From assembly GCF_037042905.1 (NCBI RefSeq), contig NC_087247.1:51460001-51524000 (forward strand): DNA of 64,000 nt. Reading direction: 5' to 3'. Positions 38,301-49,700 of this stretch are shown piece after piece. The notes beneath the pieces are model-generated. The model did not search any database and was not told where the DNA came from. It saw nothing but the letters and a program-made list of their open reading frames with translations. The first letter of the stretch is position 1, and each line of letters begins with the position of its first letter. Source of the DNA: Lytechinus pictus (Eukaryota). The position numbers and the translations under genes are program-made.

Positions 38301-40406
38301 TATAACGCGAACTGGGAAACCAATATTCACAGGAGTGAGCACCATAAATGCAAGTAATAGTGATCCATGAGAAAAATACTGTCTGAAAGCATAATTTCTA
38401 ATAAGATATATCATTTATTCTGCAAGTTAAGTGATAAATACTGTATTTTGAAAGTCAAAATGGCCACTACAGGCCCTACGGTATTATGTAAAATGTGAAT
38501 GGGAACAAATTATTTCAACAGATTTTGGCTTTGCTCGACTAAATGGTGCTGTATGAGTGAAATATTGTCTGAAAACATGATTTATAACCAAATTTATCAT
38601 AACTTATATAATTTAGGTGATAAATACGGTATTTCAACATTCAAAATGGCCGACATAAGCCATTTTGTGAAAATTATCTAAAGGGCCTATGTAGGCCATT
38701 TTCAATTTCAAAATGCAGCATTTATAAACTTGATCACACAAGATATGATATATCTCGTTAGAAATAGAAACCATGGTTTTAGACAATATTTCACCCTTAC
38801 ATCCCAATTATATGCAATATCTATAGTCAAGCAAAGCCAAATTGTGTCAAAATTATATGTCCCAAGTTACAATGTACATAATACTTTTAGGACCTATGGC
38901 GGCCATTTTGGATTTCAAAGTACGGCATTTATTACCTCCATGACCAACATGTGATGTATGTAGTTAGAAATCATGCTTAGGACAATATTTTTACTCGTAC
39001 ATCCCAGTTACATGTATTTTATGATTCTCAATCTTGTGAAAATTAGTTTCCATATGCATTTAACATAATTTAGTTAGGGCTTAATTGTAGCGGCTATTTT
39101 GAATGTCAAAATACATAATTTATCACCTACATGGCAGAAGAAATGCTATAATTCATGAAAATTATGTTTTTTAAATAATATTTTACTCTTACAACATGAT
39201 TATATGGATGTCATAGTCAAGCAAATCCAAATTCTTACAAAATCATATGCCCCCATTTACATTGTAGATAATACTGTTAGGGCCTATAGGGGCCATTTTG
39301 AATTTCACAATAGAGCACTTATATCATGCATGACAAAAGAAATGACATGTCTCGCTAGAAAACATATTTTCAGTCAATATTTTACTCGTAGATCACAATT
39401 ACATGCATTTTATGTTTCTTACTCTTGTGAAAATTAGTTTTCTCCATTCGCATTGTACATAATAAATATAGGGCCTATGGCGGCCATTTTGAATGTAAAA
39501 CTACAGCATTTATCACATACATGGCATATTGAATAATATATTTCGTTAACAATTTTGTTTTAGTCTGTATTCCACTCGTTTATCATAAGAATATGCATTT
39601 TAGTGCTCACTCTTGTGAATTTTTGGGCCCCCATTGCCATTGTACATAATACTGTTTGTGTCAGCGGCTGCTATTTTAAGTATCAAAATACAAAAATTTT
39701 CCCATACATGACATAATAAATGATATATCTCGTTGGTAATGGTGATTTGCATACAAGTTCATATACCACAATTTCTTACAGTGTAGTGCCAATTTTTTTT
39801 GAAAATTAGTTTTCCCTATTCATATTGTACATAATAGAGTATACAGGGGCCTATGGCGGCCATTTTGAATACCCAGAAAATAAATATTTTGCCAAAAATT
39901 ATTTTTCAGAGAGTATTTCACTCCTGCCACACAGTTTAATGCATTTTACAGCCAATGTGCGGGGAATTTTTATGATTTTCATGGGTAATTTGCATATTTG
40001 GCGGCCATAAATTGGATTTTGCCAGTTTGCGGAAAATGCTCAAGGTTACACGAGTGGCATCATTCAGATTCGTAATCAGCACCCTCGAATTGACAAAAAA
40101 CCATCACAAAATATTGTATAATGAAAAAACAAGGTTTAGTCAATTTTCTATGGGGCCTATCCTGGACTATGCGATCGGGAGTTTAGAAGGAATAAATGGC
40201 ACCTTCGCATGTTGACGCGTGTGATTCGTATTGACCGTGAATGTGTACGAGCCACCATTCCTACAAGCTACAGTTATGATTAGCAGAACGTAAACAAGAG
40301 ATAATACTTGCTCACGTAGTTCTGAGGAAGCTCTTTTCATGGCAGTCTTACCTCTTGTATAATTTCCTCTGGTTTGGCTGTTATTTGTCTGCTGTTTCTC
40401 TTCCAT
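23344..40406 (-). CDS. Amidase-signature (Ser-cisSer-Lys) family amidase, microbial amidase/urethanase-like, 12 coding exons, 530 aa
   Basis: Exons 40406-40352, 36806-36709, 36160-36024, 35330-35155, 34724-34585, 34355-34155, 32594-32520, 30072-29907, 27932-27873, 27552-27452, 25532-25346 and 23540-23344 are all GT-AG and in phase, total 1593 nt. Motifs: VAIKDN (catalytic Lys), GGSSSGS (cis-Ser), [11 protein letters not shown] (nucleophile Ser), [18 protein letters not shown] and the C-terminal FNLTGHP...GLPVG. Exon 1 (AACCATGG context, GTAAGA donor, correct phase) is the least certain. Confidence 0.93.
23576..23852. mobile_element. Short hAT-like MITE (GCGGATCC termini) in the last amidase intron
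   Basis: CACTTGCGGATCCAG...GGATCCGCCCCTG flanked by ATTTCAAG and ATTTTCAAG. Confidence 0.7.
24013..25193. mobile_element. hAT-like non-autonomous element with GCGAGCGCGAAGCGCGAGC subrepeats
   Basis: TIRs CAGTGGCGTA and TACGCCACTG; motif repeated roughly every 110 bp. Confidence 0.75.
25551..26470. mobile_element. Kolobok-like non-autonomous element (920 bp)
   Basis: TTAA|GGACGTTCCACAGTT...AACTGTGGAACATCC|TTAA (RR...YY termini). Confidence 0.8.
26475..27216. mobile_element. piggyBac-like non-autonomous element (742 bp)
   Basis: TTAA|CCCTAATTCTCC...GGAGATTTAGGG|TTAA, with subterminal inverted GGGGCATAATGGCCCC / GGGGCCATAATGCCCC motifs. Confidence 0.82.
28148..28303. mobile_element. Short hairpin MITE (Harbinger-like)
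   Basis: TGCAGTCACATTTCCCCCTACGGCGGCCGTACGGC pairs with GCCGTACAGCCGCCGTAGGGGAAATGTGACTGCA. Confidence 0.75.
28726..29127. mobile_element. Merlin/MuDR-like MITE with 9-bp TSD
   Basis: GG...CC termini flanked by GTAAATTTT on both sides; opposed arrays of short TCGTCTAA / TTAGACGA subrepeats; second copy at 44690-45046. Confidence 0.7.
30309..32116. mobile_element. Tc1/mariner-like non-autonomous element with long TIRs (1.8 kb)
   Basis: TA|CAGTGCGTCCCAAAAAAAACTATACACTTTTGAAATGGCTGCC...GGCAGCCATTTCAAAAGTGTATAGTTTTTTTTGGGACGCACTG|TA; inverted similarity runs on for several hundred bp; no transposase ORF. Confidence 0.88.
32903..33166 (-). mobile_element. tRNA-derived SINE with (AACAGA)n tail
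   Basis: Minus-strand head GGTCGTGTGGTCCAGTGGTTAGAGCATTGGACTCATAATCGCAAGGTTGTGAGTTCGAATCCC (A and B boxes), a body of about 170 bp and a tandem hexamer tail. Confidence 0.8.
33277..33910 (+). mobile_element. Kolobok-like MITE family 2
   Basis: TTAA-flanked, near-identical to 18247-18831. Confidence 0.85.
34550..34573. mobile_element. 24-bp palindrome with 7-bp TSD (putative P-superfamily footprint or mini-element)
   Basis: TTTAGAC|CATGGACCTTGTAGTAGGTCCATG|TGTAGAC. Confidence 0.6.
37363..40169. mobile_element. 2.8-kb foldback element: palindrome built from about 188-bp subrepeats, in amidase intron 1
   Basis: Termini TAGTCCAGGATAG and CTATCCTGGACTA; 37478-38100 is the reverse complement of about 39480-40090; CAAAATGGCCGCC-type cores every ~188 bp switch orientation at about 38670. 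Confidence 0.85.
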
Positions 40407-40909
40407 GGTTTCTGATCAGTCCAAGAGTCAAACCAGACACATTAATATCAGTAGGCCTATATCATGTGATTTATAATCGCTTGAACTTCAGTCTAAAAGG
40501 TCAAGTCAGGCTCGATACACGTTTACATTTAGGGTTCATTATTTTCAGTTCCCATACTAGATAAAACCGAAGCATCCATGTGTATTTTCCTTGTTCTCAG
40601 CAGTTATTTCAAAAAATCATGTTTTGTGCAATTAAGCGATATTCACATGTATTAAAAACATGATATTATCCACATTTCAAAGTTATATATTCTGATAAGG
40701 CCTGGATGGAACAATTCATCATATCCTCTTCTTCTTCCATAGCCTTCGTCATCATTGTGACGAAAATTGTTAAGAGGGTGCGTTGGACGACCCAGACGTA
40801 TCATTTATTTTCCTCACGGTTCTTCCTTTCTCAGTTCACGACTTAAAAAAAAACAGAGGAGGCAGTCGTCCCCTGTCTCCATGTTGCGCCACGCCCCTTA
40901 GTGTTTTGT

Positions 40910-41010
40910 CATTGTCGTCGTCGCCATCATCATCATCATCATCATCATCATCATTGTCATCATCGTCGTCCTCATCATCATCACCACCATCATCACCAAC
41001 ACCATCACAA
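40910..41010. repeat. (TCA/TCG)n trinucleotide microsatellite
   Basis: Direct reading of the sequence. Confidence 0.9.
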
Positions 41011-41082
41011 TCATTAATATTACTGTTATTTGGTTGTCATCATAATTTTTTTGATTTACCTATCACCTTTTAGTGATTGATC

Positions 41083-41285
41083 CAGGCGCGGATCCAGGGG
41101 TTTTTAGGCACAGGGGGCACGCCCCCCCCCCCCCCCTTTTGAGAAGCAAAAAAAATTAATGTAAAAATGCCATGAAAACATTGAAAACCTTTTCTTTTTT
41201 TTTTGCTTTTCACATTTTTTCGCGGACGAAATATCCTCCGAAAAATTTGCCCTTCCCCTTTTGGGAAATCCTGGATCCGCCCCTG
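41083..41285. mobile_element. Short hAT-like MITE (GCGGATCC termini)
   Basis: CAGGCGCGGATCCAGG...CCTGGATCCGCCCCTG with TSD GATTGATC / GATTGATT. Confidence 0.8.
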
Positions 41286-42636
41286 GATTGATTCACTTCC
41301 TTGCGATCTGACCCCCCCCCCCCCCCCACCGACTTGCCTCCATTTCCCTCTCCTCTCCATCCCCTCCCTTATCTCAAGCCAGCCCTTTCTATCTAATAAA
41401 TAGTGTGTCTTGATCATTTTAATTCGTACTACTGGACAACTCTTCGTATCATGAGTAATATTTTCCTTTCAGACGAAATAAATATCCCCGCGAATATTAT
41501 TTTGTCCTATTCAAGTAAAAACAAGTTAACTAAAACAATTCCAAATTGAAATTGTTCAAAATTTGTGAGATAAAAGTGGTAAAGGCGCTAGTTTGTTGCT
41601 TTAATCATAAATTACGATTGTAAATTACAATGATATCAGCGCCCTCTTTCTATCATTGACTGAAAGAGATTATGATAACATTTGAAATATGGTATGTACG
41701 GTAGATAGAGTGGTATTATTTATTGCACAATATACTCTAATACAGAGGTCATTTTCATTTCTCTGTGAATTATAGTCACAATGTATTAATTAATCAAATT
41801 ATCACAACAGCACTATTGTGTCAAGAGTAGAAATGTACCAGCATCCTTTATGATAATTTGTCCATTATAAATGGTATTTAAAACGGTATTGTTGTCATGA
41901 TAAAAATGTGAAGGATATGGAATATAAGTTATAACTAAACTCATAATTAGTAATGGTATAATGTATAATCATTTTGAAGATATTTAATTGACATACAAGT
42001 CATGTTTGAGACCATCGTAAATGAACCATTGAACTGCCATATTAAGATGGGAATGAATCGTTCGGTGTTACCACTGAACCATTATTGACATGACACGATT
42101 AAGGGATGTTACATTCCGTCTTTTGTTTCAATTACATTGACTGCATTTTGACCTGTAACTCTCAGTTATTTGTATTGTAGTTCTTATCATAGATTTTGGC
42201 GTTGGCGAAATTAATGTTATACTCGTTTTTAATGAAACATGCCAATTTTCACTTGGCATACATGCTTCATTAGTCAAGTGTTTTGTCAGCTGTTTGTCTT
42301 CTGATTATGAACTGATCTTATCTTGAAATCTTGCAATAACGTTTGTGATAATTTGTCACCCGAAGTCATAGATCAGTATACGGACAATATCTATGAACAT
42401 GATCAAAACCGATTTCCAAGATATCAAATTGATACCTATCCTACTTCTACAACGAAATGTGTCAAGCCTTGTAAGAAAATAATAGTGTATCTCTTTACAT
42501 TTCTATAATCATATGAAAATATGTAAGTTTGATTCCACTTTCTCCATGTATATTATCTATGATTTTCATATTATCTATGATTTCGGACCCGAAAACTGCG
42601 TACGTACACTTATGGCCGCTTGGTACGGGATGAATT

Positions 42637-43112
42637 CGTGCGCAAGTTTTGAGTTCGAAATCAAATCACAATGTAATCGTGCACAAGTTTTGAGTTCGAA
42701 ATCAAATCACAATGTAATCGTAAATGAATTAAAGACTTGTACAATACTTTTGTGCTTGATATCCAAATAATTCTTGCAATAGTCTTTCGTTCGAAATCAA
42801 GAGATATCTTGCAATAGTCTTTCGTTCGAAATCAAGAGATATCAAGAATTTATTTCTTGATATCAAGAAATGAATTCTTGATATTAAGAATTCATTTCTT
42901 GGTTTGAAGAAAGCAAATTCTAATATAAAAAAAGCGAATTCTTGATATCAAGAAATCAAATTATTGATATAAAGAATTCTTATTCTTGATAATATCAAGA
43001 ACTGAATTCTTGATATCAAGAAATCGAATTCTTAATGCAATAGAAATCGAATTCTTGATATTAAGAAATCGAATTCTTGATATCAGGAAATGAATTCTTG
43101 TTATCAAGAAAT
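42637..43112. repeat. Tandem duplications (about 41 bp x2, about 35 bp x2) followed by a minisatellite of about 21-22 bp with a palindromic TTCTTGATATCAAGAA core
   Basis: Direct reading; about a dozen degenerate units over 42835-43112. Confidence 0.85.
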
Positions 43113-43552
43113 AGGATTGAAATGTTAAAACGGCTTGCCATACGCCCTCACGAACTCGTTGCGCTATAATTTAATCATGAAATCTCTCTTTGTGCATAAA
43201 AAAAAGAGATCAAAGCAACCATCATTAAGGGCTTCGGTCCCTGGACTCAAAAGGCGTCTATTCTGTTCAATCTTTGCAATTCGCCCATCCGTGTCCCCTA
43301 GACCAGTAGGTGGTGACAAAGCGACTCTGCTCCTATACCATCAGTACTCGCAATATGAAAGATTTGCTCTTGCAGTTTGGCTGCCTACTTGAGGCATGTG
43401 GAGGAATTTGGAAGTATTTCGAGAGAAAGTGATTAGTAGGACAAACTACGCTTAGGAATACAAACCTTCAGTTGAATTGGTCGAAACTCTTACAGAATTT
43501 AAACCGTGAAACTACTACATACTTGTCACTTTGTTTTGTTCGGTGAGAAAAC

Positions 43553-46500
43553 ATGATTCGGTATTGCCTGCTGATATTAGTTGGTTTTATTGGGTCTGCC
43601 GTGGGTCTTTTCAGCAACATGGGCCCAGCCGTAGATCTTTGGCTGTCCGCAGATGAAGTGTCTCGAATTTTAGGTACGTATATGAAAAATCACGTCTAGT
43701 GTATGCTTTGAGGTAGGAATTCATTTTGTTAAGTCTAATATGGTGATGTCTCAGATAGCTAGGCAGAAAGGCCACACTTTGAAATTGCCATTCTTTTTGT
43801 CATATAAAATACCTGTGAAATATTTTGTAAAGTTCACTGCATGTATTTCTGTTGTTTGAACCTATATGAGGGAGCTTAATTCAAAAGTTTAAAAAAGAAT
43901 GATGCCATTAAAACAATAACAATGGTACTAATTGTGTTAATTAAGGTCTGTTTGAAAATAGAAATAACCGACGATTAGAAAAGTTATGTGTCATAAGGCC
44001 AGTAATCAATACCGGTAAGGGCTAACTATACTATTTATTGTTATTTTGGCCAATTAGTATATGTTTTTTATGTGTTGTCTCATGATAAATGCATATTGTC
44101 AATTTTTTTCAATTTAGTAACTGTTTTTATTGCTGAAATTGATAAGGAAGCTAATAAAAAATGATAAAAGGATACCTTGCTAGAACTTCTCATGAAACAT
44201 CAAGTAATACAAGCTGAAGATATCGTTTCAAACATTATTTCCGTTTCCTATAAATTCTGATGACTGAGAAGATGTTTCCAAAGGTAGGCCGCCCAGTTAA
44301 GCGTCATGTTTAGGTGATTTTATTTGGTTTATTTTGTAAACAAAATCCAGATCTTGAGCCTATAAAGACTACCGTCTCCCCTCAAGAGATTAAATAAAAT
44401 CGATATTGGATCAGTTAATGTCTTTTTCTTGTGGAGGAAGTACACGCATTGTTACTATGAAAAGCGATTGATCTTCGTCGCCAGACTAGATCAGATAATC
44501 CTTTAAGAGTAGGTTCATTACCGATCTTAACGACTTCAGATGGGGGAGCAGACAATTGGTGGATACTGTAAAAGAAACACATTAGCCAGCAATGAAGATG
44601 AAGGTTGTGTAGACCCCTCCACCATTCAAGGCTTTAGCAGCGAGGTTAAGAATATTTAGTAAACATGATGTTTGTATTCGTGAGGTTTTGTTCGTCCACT
44701 CACCACATGTTCTACTTTCATTTAGTCTAATGCCATTCCGTCTAATAACCAGTTGATCCGATAGCCATTTAGTTCATATACCATTTAGTCTAATTGGAAT
44801 AAGTGTTAAATTGTGCAAAATGAATGAAAATGAAATGGATATTATTTAGACCAACTGGTTATGAGACGAAATGGTCAAAGACAAAATGGTGATTAGACGA
44901 AGTGATAATTGGACCAAATGGTTAATGGACCAAATGGTTGATATACGAAATGTTGATGGACGGAATGGCATATTAGACTCAATGACAGTAGACCATGTGG
45001 TGAGTGGACGAGTTGGCAGTTACTTTAGACGAATTGGAAATTTACCGCTATTCATTACACACAGTTAATAACAGACCACAGTGGTGGTCAATTTTTTCCC
45101 CATTTAACATTTTTAACGAAATTTGCATTTTGAGCTTTAGATAGTGCTTCTGATTCATATTCTTACGTTTTAACACCAATCTTCCAGATCCGGTATTAAA
45201 TTTCAAATCCTATATAATGCTATACCTCACCTTCGGGTCACTGTTACGATAATGACCGTGACGTTATTCTTACCTCCCGTAAACACTTTGACCTTAAATG
45301 ACCTTTGCATAAACTAGGAATGATGATCACAACAAACCCATGTGCGGGTATACTGCAAAGCTATATTCAGAATGAATATCCTCGGCCATATTTCTATTTT
45401 TGCTTTTACACCCCCCCCCCCCTCTTCCTCTCCCATTCCCTTTCCTTTTATATGTAATGATATATATTATACATGTGTTTATCAGTCTTCTGAATGCGTT
45501 CGATTGAATTCCGATTTAACTCTTTATTAGTTCTGTAACGTTAGTTGGTTCTGTAACGTACTTTTTAGCGCGAAAGCGAACAAATATGTATGCTATATTT
45601 GTTTTTCTTTTACATTCCACTATGTAAATTGAATGTTTGATATTGGCGAACAAGAGAAATGCCCCAAACCCTTTAACGGTAGAGAAGATGAAACAAAACG
45701 ATTCGATATTTCATCTTGTAAAAATGTTTTGTCTGATCAAACTTGTTGCCAACCGGAATAAGGAGAACAGAATGAAAAAGTGTAAAATCAATGAGCATGA
45801 TGAGCAGAAAAGAAGTCCGAATTATAACTTGTGTTTATTTTGCGAAATCTTTGATGAAAGGTTCAATTTAATTTCGTTCGTGAAGATGGAATCATAATAC
45901 CCCCTGGGCAGATCTCGAATGAAATTGGTTAGAGGGTTTAATATGTTTTGAATTAGAGCGAAAATTGGATTTAGGTGGGCTGGTACGGTAAGAGAAATTT
46001 GATTTTGAAGAATACATAGACTGTGAACCTATATATGCATGGAAGTCACTCCCCATAATTGTGTTTTTGTAACTTTAATTTTCATGGAAAAAAAAGGACT
46101 TTTTCCTTCATTGTATGATATGCAATATGAGATTTGTATAAAGTACATTTCTCCAAAATATTGAGTTGCTATCTTAAAATACTTTTTTAGTTTATATCAA
46201 GCTTTGATTTATGATGGAATAGTTTCTACCATTATCAGCGTGGATTAATTACTAAGGTGTTATCTTTATGAAAAGTGCCTATTTATGATTTTTATCAATT
46301 TTCATTTGCCACTATCTTATTTTTTTGTATTTAACAAAACAAGGTAACAAAAAGTTTAACAATAATATATTTGAAAAAAAAATAAAAATGAAATTCGTTG
46401 TAAGTTTTGTTTTGTGTACCCCTGTCGATTATAAATTTCTAATAGAAGTGATCATTAATTTTATGCAAGTTATATTTGAACAATTTAGTTTAATACATAT

Positions 46501-46693
46501 TGAAATTTACACTTGTGATTTTAGATATTGAAATTAACGTTTATGGATGGAACATGTAACAAACATATATGGATTACTCTTTCTATGTAATGAATTTCTT
46601 CGTTGTAATATACATTACATTCCATGCTATTGAAAAAGTTATTTCCAGTATACCAGTATATACGTATATATATATATTTTCAATAGCATATTA

Positions 46694-46732
<39 letters not shown>

Positions 46733-49700
46733 ACTTCGGCATATGGAATAAGATAATCACAAATAGTTTATTAAATGCCGTAGAAATAAAAATCTTTTAT
46801 TTCCACGGCATTTTCTAAACTATTTGTGATTATATATATATATATATAACGATATTACATTCCGCGTGTTGGACACAGATGAGATAAAAGAGGCAAAGAG
46901 GTAATGCATTGTTATAGTTCCAACAAAGTTTATTTCCAAGTATATATATATATATATATATTCATAAATAGCCTTTATACATTACAAGGAAATTTCAATG
47001 ATTAATACCTGTGTTTATCAGTATCTTGAATGTGTTCGATTTAATTCCGATTCGATTAATTCCGCAAAGTCTAATCCCAATTTTGATAATTGATTTTATT
47101 TATCTTTACCTCAAAGGGAGGCGTGTCTCTGAGCCTCTTTATATCATCCAAGATGGGTTGGCCAACCCTTCTATGTCCCCTTCGTTGTTGAGGATCAACA
47201 ATGATTCACTCTATGATCCGAACTTCATTGATCAAAAAACGAGATTTATTCTTCCTGCAAACATCGACTCACTGAAGATCTCTTGGCGAGCCCCTAAACC
47301 AGTAAGTATAACATATCAAGAACAAAAAAAATGAATGGTGAAGAAATAAGTATCAACCGAATGTACGTATATCATGTACCGTTCATCTGCAAAGTGCAAA
47401 TTCACAACTGTACTTTGCATTTTAAGCTTTATTATTAATATTTTCAGCAATATCAATTATATTTACTGACAACTTGTTGCTTTTCTTACGATGTTCTTGT
47501 ATCTCATACTCCAAAAGGCCTTAATGAATAAAGTTATCAATTTTAAAGTCCAGAGTAGTTGCAGTGCCTAATCTAAAATGTTACACTGTATGTTCATCAT
47601 TTGCCATGCTATACGTTGGCAACAGTTATTTATAATCTACTAATATGCTTTTCACACTGCACTTTTTTCCCTTAACCCCAGGAAATTGGTGGGGCTAAGG
47701 GGGGGGGGGGGTCTTAGCCCCACCAATTTCCCGGGGTTAAGCTTAGCCCACTTCGTTTTCACACTACGTTTTAACAAAGTGGGCTAGCACGGTAAATAGC
47801 ACGGTACTATCTGGCCCTGCAAAAAAGCAGGGTTAGCCGGCTTATTGTGGTGCTAGCACCACAATTGCGGTGCTAAGAGATGCAGTGTGAAACGAAACAG
47901 GGCTAAGCAAAAATGGGGCTAAGCATTAGCCAATCACAGAAGTCGAAATTGCACGTTAATCGCGCTCTGTATGGTAGAATAATCAATATTCATGAGCTGT
48001 GTGATTGCCCGGGGTTAAGGCTTAACCCCAGCTAAGCAAATAGTACGGGGTTAAGAAAGACAGTGTGAATCGAAAAAAAGATAGTATGGGGTTAAGGATA
48101 GTCCGGGGTTAAGGATAGTATATATGGGGTTAAGGAAATGCAGTGTGAAAAGCATATAACTGTTATCAAGTACTAACTAATCACTATCTCAAGCAAAGTT
48201 CAGTTTTCTCATTCTAATTTCATCTGGAGTTCAAGTTGTAAACGTGTATTATTCATAATCGTATATTTATTAGTGTAACTCTTTACTCCTTTTCGAGTTA
48301 TCGCCGTCTATTTATCTTTGATTCACAGTTGCATGATGAAGAAATAAATGATAATGTAATTTACATTTTTTTTTTTTTTTTTCACACTGGTTATTTGAAA
48401 TTAGACACCTCACGCTCCACCACTCGCTCCTCTTGGCACACTTTCAAACTGAAAATGAACATTAGTGATCTTCCATATATTATTTCCTGTAGACAGAACA
48501 TAACTAAATCAAACAAGTATTTCCTCAATACCCCTATAACTTTCAACACACTTTGGGCACACCGGTTATTGCAGTCGGCTTGTGAAGGATAACTTTTTTC
48601 TAAGTGGATACTGCACTTGGTCTTTGAAATATTGACATTCCATTATATGGCTAATCGTAGTTGAAATACGTATTTCTAAAGATTAGATCCAAAGATACGA
48701 CCGACAACACGCGATCATATTTTTAAACCAAATGAAAACCAGATGTGATGGGTGTTTTTGCCATTAAAACACTATGAGACAGACTACGAGTTGCTGACTA
48801 ATAGATACGAAAAATTGTATCGGGAGAGGGGAGGAAGAAGGACAGAGAAGGGGAAAAAATATATAAATTAACAGAAAGAGAGAAGGGGGAGAAAAGAGAT
48901 GGGAAGGGAGAAAGAGGGAGAGGGGTAGAGGCGGAAGAAGGAGGGAAGGAGAGAAAGATCACTGAATAAAATGATATATATTTCACGGAATCTCCACCTA
49001 ACATATTTGTATAACTTCCACATTTTCTAAGGGCTACGAAGCCCAACAAAAGAAAATATTCTTCGGCAACCCATCATTCTTATTTTCTGCTGAAAGGCGA
49101 AAGAAAAAGTTAAAAGAAGCAAATACAATGGTCACAATATTGGCTCATTTTATTATGTGCTGTTACGGGTGAAAAGAGCCGTAAATTGTAGTCCAAATGG
49201 ATGAAGCCATTCTTGCTTTGACTGAATTTCGTCACCCGTGACCTGGGCCTTTAATGGGCAGTGAATGGAGCAGTAATTCATAATTAGAACAAAATAAAGA
49301 ATAACACAACCAGTTGTAATTCTGCGTAACCACAGGAGGCATTTTGTTTGTTGACTAACAATACCACATAACTGTTATTCGGTTTTTGTATATCAAAAGT
49401 GTACCAGATTCCTTGTATTCTATGCAATTGGCACACCATCAATGCAATCCTGCTTCCTGGTATCAGGCAAGGGTGGTTTTTATGTTTTTTTTCTCTCATC
49501 AAAATATTGGGATTGAGATTAAATCTATTTAGATCCCATGCAGATAATATCAGCAGTTACATGTACTTCATTAGTCAATCCCAGTCCATAAAATATATTT
49601 ATTAGATGATGCAAGGTTTGGCATGGTGAGACAGAGATGTTATCAATGATAAAGTATGCAATATAGAGAGAGCATAGATATTGTTTCAGTTTTAGCACGC

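Noticed and set aside
40783-41073. Poly-Ser ORF
   Set aside because: It is a translation of the (TCA)n microsatellite.
42835-43112. CRISPR-like array of short palindromic repeats
   Set aside because: Units abut with no unique spacers, the context is eukaryotic and there are no cas genes; it is a minisatellite.
45849-48628. Several CTTTGAT/CTTTGAA TCF motifs in WIF1 introns
   Set aside because: They are scattered rather than clustered, and 7-mers like this are expected by chance in AT-rich DNA.
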